64,000 nucleotides of DNA, taken from Eledone cirrhosa. Its lineage: Eukaryota. Shown in pieces: positions 46,006 to 59,158 of the stretch; within the stretch, counting starts at the first letter, position 1; each line of letters starts with the position of its first letter. The notes under the pieces are model-generated. The model was not told where the DNA came from and did no database searches. It saw only the letters and a list, made by a program, of their open reading frames with translations. The stretch is taken from positions 7,192,001 to 7,256,000 of the forward strand of contig OZ024763.1 in NCBI GenBank assembly GCA_964016885.1. Reading direction: 5' to 3'. The translations under genes were made by a program, and so were the position numbers.

Positions 46006-46550
46006 CCATCAGTCTAAATTATTGTCTGCCACTTGACATGGGCTAAGGTAGTGGTGGGGAGGGTGTGGTAGTGGTGGTGGGGGAGGGGTAGGTAGTGGTG
46101 GGGGAGGGGGAGGTAGTGGTGGGGAGGATGAGGTAGTGGTGGGGAGAGTGAGGTAGTGGTGGGGTAGATATTATGGCTGGAACATTTAATTGAATTTAAG
46201 AAGGGCAGCGTGGGCACCTGCTGAAATTTACCAGAGGGGGACCTTTTTTTTATAAAAATGGATAGGGGACAGTGTGGTGGTGGTGGGGTGGGGTTTGGTG
46301 CTGTTGTGGTATGTACTGTTGTGGTTGTGGTATGTACTGTTGCATTGTTTCTCTAAATACTACCACTAACACCACCACCACTACTACTACTACTATCACC
46401 ATCACCACCACTACCACTACCACCACTACTACTATTACTACTACTACCACTACCACCCCACCCCTACTACTACTACTACTACTATCACCACCACCACCAC
46501 TACTACTACACCAAACAATGGGTTTGGTCTTTTCCTACCCCACCATATAC

Positions 46551-47066
46551 CACCACCTCCACTGCCACCACCTCCACTGCCACCACCTCCACTACCACCA
46601 CCTCCACTACCACCACCTCCACTGCCACCACCTCCACTGCCACCACCTCCACTGCCACCACCTCCACTACCACCACCTCCACTACCACCACCTCCACTGC
46701 CACCACCTCCACTGCCACCACCTCCACTGCCACCACCTCCACTGCCACCACCTCCACTGCCACCACCTCCACTGCCACCACCTCCACTGCCACCACCTCC
46801 ACTGCCACCACCTCCACTACCACCACCTCCACTACCACCACCTCCACTACCACCACCTCCACTACCACCACCTCCACTGCCACCACCTCCACTGCCACCA
46901 CCTCCACTGCCACCACCTCCACTGCCACCACCTCCACTACCACCACCTCCACTACCACCACCTCCACTACCACCACCTCCACTGCCACCACCTCCACTGC
47001 CACCACCTCCACTGCCACCACCTCCACTACCACCACCTCCACTACCACCACCTCCACTACCACCAC
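46551..47066. repeat. 15-bp tandem repeat caccacctccactRc
   Basis: Direct reading. Confidence 0.95.
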
Positions 47067-47646
47067 CAACAGCAGCCTCCCCCACATCACCTCCTCCCAA
47101 CCAAATTCCTCCGATTGTTACCTCCCTCTTGAGACAAAAAGATGGGAGAGGTGGGTAGGAAACGGTGGTAATGAGGGTGGTGGTAATGAGGGTGGTGGTG
47201 ATGAGGGTGGTGGTGATGAGGGTGGTGGTGATGAGGGTGGTGGTAATGAGGGTGGTGGTGATGAGGGTGGTGGTGATGAGGGTGGTGGTGATGAGGGTGG
47301 TGGTGATGAGGGTGGTGGTGGGATAGTTGGCAAGTGTATCTGTCTACACACTCAATATGTAAATTTACACACATACACATTTAGTTGAAATTAATGCATG
47401 CAAGATTTCACAGCTCTAACATCACTCCTTCATAGTCAGCTTATGAACTTTTCCTTCAATATCTGTACATATGTGTGACGGAAGATTTCACAGCTCTAGC
47501 ATCACTCCTTCATAGTACATATGTTTGACAGAAGGACAGATAGACAGACGTAGAAACAGCCTTTTTTATATTGCTAGGGATTGTCTTTCCACCTACCCTC
47601 TATACAACTATATCTTCTATTTTGGCTGCTTAGCACAATTTAACAT

Positions 47647-48063
47647 CAGGGGTCGTGGAACTGGGGAGGGGGGGGCATGGCCCTCCCAATAATTGTATTT
47701 TTCTCCCCAAACTACCAAGACACACATCTATTTGTATGTGTTACAATTTATGTACATGTTATGTTTATTGCAGTTGATATTTGATAATTGTTTCTACTTT
47801 TGGCACAAGGCCACCAATTACCCAGTGTATTACTGGTACTTTATTTTATCGACCCCGTAAGGATGAAAGGCAAAGTTAACCTCGGCGGGATTTGAACTCA
47901 CATCAGAAAGGGGCGTAACTCTTTGCTGCAAAGCATGTTGTCCGACCCTCTACCAATACTACCAAACCATTGATATTTGATAATAACAGCTAAACTAATC
48001 ACTACAACTAAATTGACCAAATTTGCCCCCTGCCCCAATTCAGAAATGCTTCCACTGCCCCTG
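47647..48063. mobile_element. MITE with CAGGGG..TGGAA terminal inverted repeats (hAT-like)
   Basis: caggggtcgtggaa ... ttccactgcccctg; no clear 8-bp TSD. Confidence 0.55.
47789..47969 (-). mobile_element. SINE family B with 15-bp TSD, nested in a MITE
   Basis: ttgatatttgataat at 47774-47788 and 47970-47984. Confidence 0.9.
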
Positions 48064-48233
48064 ATTATACAGAGTGAGTCATAAGTAACCAGGAAGTCAA
48101 TGTATTTTTATTACACGGTTCAGATGTTTTGAACATCCACTTACCTGTGTGTGATCACCTATGGTTATATTGTTTTAACTACTTTTGTTTGGTGTTTTAT
48201 AATTTTGTAATGAATGACCAGAATTTTTAGTTA

Positions 48234-48401
48234 CCGTATTACCCGGCGCCGAAGACACTTCACCCTCGAGGACCCACCCTAATTTTGACAAGTAAAAATT
48301 TGAAAAGAAGTAATAAACAACCTTCAGCCTCCGGGACCCACGGTAGATTTTTTAGACTTATTTTATGAAAAAAGTAGCTTCTTCGACGCCGGGAAATATG
48401 G
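48234..48401. mobile_element. Mariner/pogo-type MITE
   Basis: TA|ccgtattacccggcgccgaaga ... tcttcgacgccgggaaatatgg|TA. Confidence 0.8.
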
Positions 48402-49067
48402 TATAATTTAGAATGTTGGACTTCTTGGTTAATTATGACAAGGGCAATAATCTAGACCTTATTTAGACCTTATTTAGACCTTATCTTTTGACATCACATG
48501 ACAAAATCAAAAAAACTATTTGCATATCATACATTGCTGCAATATAAAATATCATGTTGTTGGGAGAAAAAACTGGTGGTAGTGGTAATGGTTTGATGGT
48601 GTTGGTGGTGGTGTTGGTAGTCATGATAGTGTTGGTGGTATTGTCTTTGTCTTTGTTGTTATTGGTGTTAAGATTGTTGTTGTTGTTGGTGGTGATAGTG
48701 TTGTTGATGATAGTGTTGGTGGTGTTGTTGGTAGTGGGGCTGGACCTATTAATTGAACTGTAGTAGTAGTAGTAGTAGGTGGTGGTGGTGTTTGTGTTGT
48801 AATTGTTGGTGCTGTTGTTGTCTTTAGTTAGTAATTTACCCAATATTGAAAAACTCCACCCAACACTAACTGATGTAGGTTGACACTTAAACAAGAGACT
48901 GTAGTCCATGGGAGATATTGATGAGTTTTCCATTCATCAAAATCATCTTTGATTGTTTTCCTGCAATCTAGAGCCCAGATACTTTTTATGTGGCACAAAT
49001 CTTGAGCAATGTTTTGCTAAAAAGTCTAGAAGTTTATGAAAGTTTAAAATGTCTGAGAAATGGCTAA

Positions 49068-49490
49068 TTCTTCTTCTTCTTTTCGTATCTTCGAAGCATG
49101 TGGTTATATGACAGTTTCCCATTTCTTTACACAGTCCTTTGCATTATTATTAAATTCTGCGAGATCTTTTAAGCTGCACTGGTTGGGTAGTAGAGGGCAA
49201 ACAAGGCAGTGCTGCATCGTATGGTCCACCTCTCCACATTCACAGATGGTTGGGCCCTGGTCTTGTAGCCCCATCTGGCCATAGCAGCTTTTGATCGCTC
49301 CATTCCTGTTCTCAGGCGGTTGAGTGTCTTCCACTGGACCCATGATGCTTCTGAGCCAGGAGGGAGGGCTTCAGAAGGGGGGATTCCCACGTCAATAGGA
49401 GGGAAGTCATTCTCTAGCTTTCTAGTCCATAGCTGTAGTCTGGTTTCTTCCTGAGATGTTGTTAGGGGCTGGACATGGCTAATAAAAACT
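49068..49490 (-). mobile_element. 5'-truncated LINE 3' end, Vingi/Ingi-like
   Basis: LPPG..W..WKTLNRLRTG..WGY / CECG..TMQHCLVC zinc-knuckle C-terminus with one frameshift; short 3' UTR ending gatacgaaaa(gaa)n. Confidence 0.75.
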
Positions 49491-49614
49491 TATTTTGATA
49501 AAAATAAAATAGCAAATTAATTTTTTTTTAGGTCTAAAAAGCCTAAAATTTATTATAAACTCAAAATAAACTGTAAAAAAAATCTAAATATGTTTTTGTG
49601 TTTTATTATTTCAG

Positions 49615-49708
49615 GATGAAGAAGAATACATTGGCTTTGCCACTCTACCTGAACAGGTTCACAGGAAAGCAGTTAAGCGTGGCTTTGATTTTACACTTAT
49701 GGTGCTTG
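49615..49708 (+). CDS. Sep4: Septin exon [31 protein letters not shown](G)
   Basis: ttcag acceptor, G|gtaag donor; polybasic region before G1. Confidence 0.97.
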
Positions 49709-50185
49709 GTAAGTTGTTTATCATCAATAAACTAATGTTGACATTGTTGACATTGTGATTGTGTGATTGTAATGGTGGTGGTGGTGATGGTGGGGGTCTT
49801 TGTTGGTGGTGTTGGTGTTGGTGGTGGGGTGGTGGTGATGGTTGTAGGTATCTCTCTCCCTCTACACACCTTTATATATATATATATAAGAAAAGTAAAT
49901 AACAACAACAAGGAGTACAGTTACGAAAGGTGTTAGGTTTTAGGTTCAGGCTTGAGAGTGGAGATATATATACATATATATATATATGTATATATATATA
50001 CACACATATATATATATATATATAAGTTTATATATGGAGAGAGAGTAGTTAGTTCCACAACAGTTAATTGACAATTTGTTTCATCTTGTGGATCCTCAGC
50101 TCGGTTGAATGGTTTGTTGTGGAACTAACTTCTACCATGGACTGAGTGCTCTATACTACAGTGCTCTATACTACCAGTGTTCTAC

Positions 50186-50226
<41 letters not shown>

Positions 50227-53110
50227 AACGAGTAAGACCCCGATGGCTGAGCTGAAGCCGTTTCGACGGCTAATTCTGGACTAAATCAGATTTAGACCAG
50301 AATTAGCCGTCGAAACGGCTTGAGCTCAGCCGTCGGGGTCTTACTCGTTCCTATTACCCACTCTACTACCCTAAGTATTGAGTACTTTGGTGCATTATGG
50401 TCCACCTGGTTCCTTACCACTTTTCCTCCGTTATATATATATATATGATTCCAGTTCCTCAGAGGAACAACACAACCAGGAGCTGGACATATCGATGTAT
50501 TGACGGAGTAAAACACACTTCAACAACATGTGTACCTGTCTCTACCACATCAAATGGGGCTGCCTGAAGAGGTGACAGCCAATGATGGCTGTCACCGAAA
50601 TATATATATATAGCAGTATATCTATAATTTGACTTAATTATTTTACATTACTCCGGAGTAAACAAACCAACCTGCGTACTTCGTCGAGTGCTCCAATCTG
50701 TATACTAGGTGTCGGTAAACAACCAACATATACTCATATATATATATATATATATTTATATACACATATATATATATGAGAGAGAGGGGTGGGGGCTGGC
50801 AAAAAGGGAGATAGATAGATGGTAGATAGTTGGGTTAGAGAGAGAGAGAATGAACATAGGGCCAGAGAATTTTCGAATATTTGTCCACCCCCACATTCTG
50901 CTTTCAACCCCCAACTCCCTTTCAGACCCCCCCCCCCCCCCCCACACACACACACCACCCCCAGGATGTTTTGACAACTATATTCTATTTCTGTCTTTTC
51001 CATTTAGCAACACCACACTGAGAGAGAAAGAAAGAGAGGATAAAGATGTGTAGAGGGAGGGAGGGAGAGAGAGCAATGGTGTAGAGATAGAGAGAGAGAG
51101 ATGGTGGAGGGAGAGAGAGATGGTGAAGGTGGAGAGAGAGAGAGATGGTGGAGGGAGAGAGAGAGAGAGAGATGGTGGAGGTGGAGAGAGAGAGAGAGAT
51201 GGCGGAGGGAGAGAGAGAGAGCAATGGTGTAGAGATAGAGAGAGAGAGATAGGGAGATGGCGGAGGTGGAGAGAGAGAGAGAGATGGTGGAGGTGGAGAG
51301 AGATGGTGAAGGTGTGTAGAAGTATGTTGGTGACTGCCACCAGCTGGAATCGATCCAGTGTGACCCCTCCCTCCCTCCCTCCACGACCCCCCAGTTAGCC
51401 AATAACCTGCTGACCTCACCATCTAAATAAATATATTTCTATTTTTGGCACAAGACCAGATGTTTGATTGGTGGTGGTGGTGTTGATAGTGATGGTTGTG
51501 ATGGTGGTGGTGGTGGTGGTGGTGTTGATAGTGATGGTGGTGGTGTTGATAGTGATGGTGGTGGTGGTGGTTGTGATGGTGGTGGTTGTGGTAGTGATGG
51601 TGGTGGTGGTGGTGGTGATGGTTGTGTTGGTGGTGGTGGTTGTGGTGGTGTTGATAGTGATGGTGGTGGTGGTGGTTGGGGTGGTGTTGATAGTGATGGT
51701 GGTGGTGGTGGTTGTGGTAGTGATGGTGGTGGTGGTGGTTGGGGTGGTGGTGTCGGTGGTTGTGGTGGTGTTGATAGTAGTGGTGGTGGTGGTGTTGATA
51801 GTGATGGTGGTGGTAGTGGTGGTGTCGGTGGTTGTGATGGTGGTGGTGTTGATAGTAGTGGTGGTGGTGGTTGTGGTGTTGATAGTGATGGTTGTGGTGG
51901 TGGTGTCGGTGGTTGTGGTGTTGATAGTGATGGTTGTGGTGGTGGTGTCGGTGGTTGTGGTGGTGTTGGTGGTGGTGGTGTTGATAGTGATGGTGGTGGT
52001 GGTGGTGTCGGTGGTTGTGATGGTGGTGGTGTTGATAGTAGTTGTGGTGGTGGTGGTGTTGATAGTGATGGTTGTAGTGGTGGTGTCGGTGGTTGTGATG
52101 GTGTTGATAGTAGTGGTGGTGGTTGTGGTGGTGTTGATAGTGATGGTTGTGGTGGTGGTGTCGGTGGTTGTGGTGGTGTTGGTGGTGGTGGTGTTGATAG
52201 TGATGGTTGTGGTGTGTGGTGTCGGTGGTTGTGATGGTGTTGTTAGTAGTGGTGGTGGTGGTTGTGGTGTTGATAGTCATGGTTGTGGTGGTGGTATCGG
52301 TGGTTGTGATGGTGGTGGTGTTGATAGTGATGGTTGTGGTGGTGGTGGTGTTGTTATGGTAATAGTGGTGTTGGTGGTGGTGGTGTTGTTATGGTAATAG
52401 TAGTGGTGGTGTTGGTGGTGTTATTGCTAGAGTTTGGGAAAAGTGTAAAAGAGTTCCTCTCACAAGAAACAAAACCAGGAAGAAATCATTAATGGAACCA
52501 TTGTTAGAACTAAACTACTGTTAACTATTATCTTTAGTATTTATAAGGTGATAACAGACAGGAGGTAGTGGTATGGAAGGGTGGGGGGTGGGGAGTTCTT
52601 AGTAGTTGGTGGTGTTGGTGGTGGTGGTCATAGTGGTAGTACTGGGGGTTGATCTTGGTGGTAGTGGTATTGTCGCCCATATGCCACCACAACTATTAGA
52701 CAACACAGCCATCAACACCACTATCACCACTACTCCTACTACCACAACCATCAACTCAACCAGTCCCACCACTACCATGAGCCCCCACCAGATATCACAC
52801 ACCCACTATTATTATCACACACCCCCTATTAATATTACCAAGCCCACTTCAATATTACCACACCCTACCAAACATTACCATGCCCCTCCAATATTACCAC
52901 ACCTCTCCCTATCAAATATTACCACAGCCCTTCCCCACCAAATTCCTCCCTGCCCCACCTTATATAACTGTGGGTTAAACCTTCTGTTGTGTTTTAAATA
53001 TATTTTCAGGAGAATCAGGTTTGGGTAAGTCCACCCTGATAAACAGTTTGTTCCTCACAGAGCTTTACAAAGACAGACAGTTGAACAATGTTGAAGGTAA
53101 GTCACTTAAT

Positions 53111-53160
<50 letters not shown>

Positions 53161-53305
53161 TTACTAGTACCACAAATACCAATGGTGCTGGTCTCGGGTT
53201 TTCTTTCTTTCTCCCTCTCCCTTTCTCTCTTTCTCCCTCTCCCTTTCTCTCTTTCTCCCTCTCCCTTTCTCTCTCTCTCTCTCCCTTTCTCTCTCTCTCT
53301 CTCTC

Positions 53306-53352
<47 letters not shown>

Positions 53353-53354
53353 CA

Positions 53355-53419
<65 letters not shown>

Positions 53420-53531
53420 CCACACATCTCTCCATCCCACTTAACCTTTGAAAAACATTAAAATGTGAAACTGGTAAAGTTATGATTAACAAATCTTCTT
53501 AAAGACTCCAATTTCTTTTTCAACCTCTTTT

Positions 53532-53609
<78 letters not shown>

Positions 53610-55854
53610 CATATATATATATAGGAACACACACACACACGTGTGTGTGTGTGTGTGCTATGCTTTCTTCTACCCCTGTATCCTCCCACTAACACAGTGT
53701 ACTCCTGCTCCCACAGACCGAATACAGAAGACAACACTGATTGAAAAGAAACAACTAGAAATTGAAGAAAGAGGAGTTCGTTTGCGACTGACCATCGTAG
53801 ATACACCTGGGTTTAATGACTCCGTCAATGGGGAAGACAGGTAAGCTGTTGTCTTCTTATATTACAGCACACGTTTCATATTTAATGACACACACATTTA
53901 ATATTTAACCATACACATTTCATGATTAACAACACCCACTTCTTATTTAACATCTTACATTTTATATTTAGCAACACACATTTCATATTTAACAAAACAC
54001 ATTTCATATTTAACAGCACACATTTCATATTTAACAGCACACATTTCATATTTAACAGCACATATTTCATATTTAACAGCACACATTTCATATTTAACAT
54101 CACACATTTCATGATTAACAACATGCATTTAATATATAACAACACATTTCCTGATTAACACACATTTCCTGATTAACACACATTTCATGATTAACAGCAT
54201 GCATTTTATATTTCCACTAAGCTAAACCTTTCAAAACCTACCCCTCATTAAGCCTGCTCTTTCTAAATGCAATCCTCTCTAAATACTATCCCCTATAAAC
54301 ATAATTCCGCCCTAAACTAATCCCCTCTCTAAACATATCCCCTCTCTAAACATATCCCCTCTCTAAACATATCCCCTCTCTAAACATATCCCCTCTCTAA
54401 ACATATCCCCTCTCTAAACATATCCCCTCTCTAAACATATCCCCTCTCTAAACTTATCCCCTCTCTAAGCCTGTCCCCTCTCTAAGCCTGTCCCCTCTCT
54501 AAGCCTGTCCCCTCTCTAAACTTATCCCCTCTCTAAACTTATCCCCTCTCTAAACTTACCCCCTCTCTAAACATATCCCCTCTCTAAACATATCCCCTCT
54601 CTAAACTTATCCCCTCTCTAAACATATCCCCTCTCTAAGCCTGTCCCCTCTCTAAACTTATCCCCTCTCTAAACATATCCCCTCTCTAAACTTATCCCCT
54701 CTCTAAACTTATCCCCTCTCTAAACATATCCCCTCTCTAAACATATCCCCTCTCTAAACTTATCCCCTCTCTAAACTTATCCCCTCTCTAAACTTATCCC
54801 CTCTCTAAACATATCCCCTCTCTAAACATATCCCCTCTCTAAACTTACCCCCTCTCTAAACATATCCCCTCTCTAAACATATCCCCTCTCTAAACTTACC
54901 CCCTCTCTAAACATATCCCCTCTCTAAACATATCCCCTCTCTAAACTTACCCCCTCTCTAAACATATCCCCTCTCTAAACTTATCCCCTCTCTAAACATA
55001 TCCCCTCTCTAAACTTACCCCCTCTCTAAACATATCCCCTCTCTAAACATATCCCCTCTCTAAACTTATCCCCTCTCTAAACATATCCCCTCTCTAAACT
55101 TATCCCCTCTCTAAACTTATCCCCTCTCTAAACATATCCCCTCTCTAAACTTATCCCCTCTCTAAACATATCCCCTCTCTAAACTTATCCCCTCTCTAAA
55201 CATATCCCCTCTCTAAACATATCCCCTCTCTAAGCCTGTCCCCTCTCTAAGCCTGTCCCCTCTCTAAACTGACCACTTCTCTATATTTGCAGTAATAAGC
55301 CAGTCATTAACTACATAGACTCCCAGTTTGACCAGTACTTCAAGGACGAGAGTGGTCTAAACCGTAAAAACATTCAAGACAACCGCGTTCACTGCTGTCT
55401 CTATTTTATTTCTCCGTTTGGACATGGGTCAGTTTCTTCACCTTTTCTTCTGCAGTTTCTAATTGTGTGTGTGTGTGACCACTTGTGTGTGTATCTGTGT
55501 GTCCACTTGTGTGTGTGTCTGTGTGTCCACTTGTGTGTGTGTCTGTGTGTCCACTTGTGTATGTGTCTAGATGTGTGTGTGTGTGTGTGTCTAGATGTCT
55601 ATGTCCACGTGTGTGTGTGTGTCTGTGTGTCCACGTGTGTGTGTGTGTCTAGATGTCTGTGTCCTCGTGTCTGTGTGTCTACATGTGTGTATGTGTGTAT
55701 GTATGTCTACATGTGTGTATGTCTATATCGATGTGTGTGTATGTATATGGCGGCTATGTGATTGAGTGTTTATGTGTATATATCTATGTTTATCCATGTG
55801 TGTGTGTAAGCTTGCATGAGGCTTTAGCAGAGACGATGGCCACTTTATAATGCT

Positions 55855-55927
<73 letters not shown>

Positions 55928-56217
55928 TGACGAAACATAAGTCAATTGCATGAACTCATAATCCTTTATTTACTGCTATATATATTTCGATGATAGCCAT
56001 TGAATGGCTATGACCTCATCAGGCAGTTAGTCAGTTCCTAGATATGCCAGCCAGCTCTGTGTGTATAGTGTTGATGGTATCAGAGCCTTGGGACATGTGA
56101 GCTTGTTAGGAATATTTTGATGTTGTCAGCAGGAATAGTCTTGATTCTCATTGGTCAGTTTGTAGATGGTAGTAGGTTGGTATTTGACCTCAAAGAGGCA
56201 GGTGGTTCTGTAAGGTT

Positions 56218-56267
<50 letters not shown>

Positions 56268-58913
56268 AGAAGTTGTATTTAATTTGTTGGAATTCTGACA
56301 AACATAAATGTTTATAACTGATTTAGAGCACTCAACAGTTTATATATATATAATACACACACACACACATATATCTATATCTATATATATATATATCTTG
56401 CAATCAAAAGGTTGTGAGTTCAATTCTCAGACCGGGTGATGTGTTGTTTCCTTGAGCAAGACACTTTATTTCACATTGCTCCAGTTTACTCAGCTGTAGA
56501 AATGAGATGATAGGGACTGGGGTCCCTATCATTCCACTGCAAAGTGGTCGTGGAGGTGCCACGGCAAAAAAGCACCCAGCACTCACTGTAAATGAGGTTG
56601 GTGTTAGGAAGGGCATCCAGCTGTAGAAATCAAGCCAGACTCTGTTCCCGTCCCACCCTTGCAAGCAGGGAAAAGTGGACGTAAAATGAAATGATGATGA
56701 TGATATATAGTTACATGTGTATATTTTCTCTCCCCTGTCTCAGGTTGAAACCAGTTGATATTGATATGATGAAGAGAATCCACCAAAAGGTCAACATTGT
56801 ACCACTTTTGGCTAAATCAGATATGTTGACCCCTTCAGAAGTAAAGAAGAAAAAAGCCAAGGTAGGTTGGGGCTGGGCATTCTGTGGGGCAGGGCATTCT
56901 GTGATGTTGGGTATATTATCGGGCTGAGTATTCTGTGAAGTTAGGCTTTGTATGATGCTGGGCGTTGTGTGGGGCTGGGTGTTGTGTGGTGATGAGCATT
57001 GTGTGGGGCTGGGTGTTGTGTGGGGCTGGGTATTCTGTGGAGCTGGGCATTCTCTCTACTGTCCCCTATATCATGTCCCACTGTCCCCTATATAATGACC
57101 TCTTCTTTCTCTCTCCCTAAAGATCCTACAAGAAATATCAAACCATAATATCCAGATCTATGAGTTCCCAGATTGTGACAGTGATGAAGATGAGGAGTTC
57201 AAGAAACAGGACCAAGAACTGAAGGTAGGACATTGACACTGTTACTGTCTTTACTGACATCTGGCAGATGTGACACTGTTACTGACATCTGGCAGATGTG
57301 ACACTGTTACTGTCTTTACTGACGTCTGGCAGATGTGACACTGTTACTGTCTTTACTGACATCTGGCAGATGTGACACTGTTACTGTCTTTACTGACGTC
57401 TGGCAGATGTGACACTGTTACTGTCTTTACTGACGTCTGGCAGATGTGACACTGTTACTGTCTTTACTGACATCTGGCAGATGTGACACTGTTACTGCCT
57501 TTACTGACGTCTGGCAGATGTGACACTGTTACTGCCTTTACTGACGTCTGGCAGATGTGACACTGTTACTGTCTTTACTGACGTCTGACAGATGTGACAC
57601 TGTTACTGTCTTTACTGACGTCTGGCAGATGTGACACTGTTACTGTCTTTACTGACATCTGGCAGATGTGACACTGTTACTGCCTTTACTGACATCTGGC
57701 AGATGTGACACTGTTACTGCCTTTACTGACATCTGGCAGATGTGACACTGTTACTGTCTTTACTGACGTCTGGCAGATGTGACACTGTTACTGTCTTTAC
57801 TGACATCTGGCAGATGTGACACTGTTACTGCCTTTACTGACGTCTGGCAGATGTGACACTGTTACTGTCTTTACTGACGTCTGGCAGATGTGACACTGTT
57901 ACTGTCTTTACTGACGTCTGGCAGATGTGACACTGTTACTGTCTTTACTGACATCTGGCAGTGTAGGTGTGTTTAGGGTTGTGGACTTGTGTGTAGGTGT
58001 GTATAGACTAAAGGGGCAGCGATTATGTGGGGGAATTGTATGTGTGAGAGGACAGGGATTGCGTGAGGTGTGTATATGTGTGCAGGTTAGGGCAGGGATT
58101 GCATGTGTATATGTGTGTGTCTGTATATAAGTATGTGTGTGTGTGGTAGAAAAGAGTAGGGATTGAGTGTGTTTGTATGGGTTTATATAGTGATGGTTGT
58201 TGTGATGATGATGGTAGTGATGCTGATGGCAATGATGATGATGGTTTTGTTAATGATGATGCTGTCTCTAACCATTCTATCTCTCTCTCTACAGTTAGCA
58301 GTACCATTTGCTATAGTCGGTGCCAACACTGTTGTGGAGGTAAATGGTAAGAGGCTTCGTGGACGAGTTTACCCCTGGGGAATTGTCGAAGGTAACAGTC
58401 AACAACAATATGTTGGCCTCTTTTCTGTCTCCACTCCCTCACCCCACCCCTGCTTTACATTAATTACAGGGTATTAACGTGAGTAATTAACTTAGTTTTC
58501 TCATTTGATTCAGCTCCTAGCAAATTCTCTCATTGTTTGTTGAGCCTTGAAGTTGAGTGGTTTTAGGCTGCCATTTCTAGCCATTGTATGATCCACTCAT
58601 GTTACTATTTGCTATGTATCGCACCTCTTTTCATACCACGTGTGATATTTAGTTACCTGATTTTTATCTAGCAGTGCTGTTCATATTATTCTCATCTTCT
58701 GTTGACAAGTCCTGGGAATTTATCACACAGTCACTTTCAGCGAAACAAACTCTTTATAGTTTGTTCAGGAGACTAATAGCTAGTGGAATGGTCTGTTCAT
58801 TTTAATTCACTCTTTCAAATTATTATATGTTTTGTATTTTTTCGTAGATTATATGCTTTGTACTATGGTGGTTTTCAACCCTCGTAATTCAAAACATACT
58901 TTTTTGTGTTTTC

Positions 58914-58974
<61 letters not shown>

Positions 58975-59123
58975 TAAAAATTAGCGAGAATCGAATTTCA
59001 GCTCAGGAATTAACGAAAATCACTTCCGAGTTGTGTTGCAAGCGCTCGATAATTCATATGAATTAGAGCTTACAACTTACGTTAAAGGCCAAACACACTG
59101 AGATGGTGGTTAAACTAATCATC

Positions 59124-59158
<35 letters not shown>

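Noticed and set aside
46450-47100. (GGGGS)n ORF resembling a synthetic linker or Gly-rich protein
   Set aside because: It is simply a caccacctccactRc tandem repeat, with no vector or splice context.
57235-57960. CRISPR-like 37-bp palindromic repeats
   Set aside because: No unique spacers, no cas genes, eukaryotic intron.
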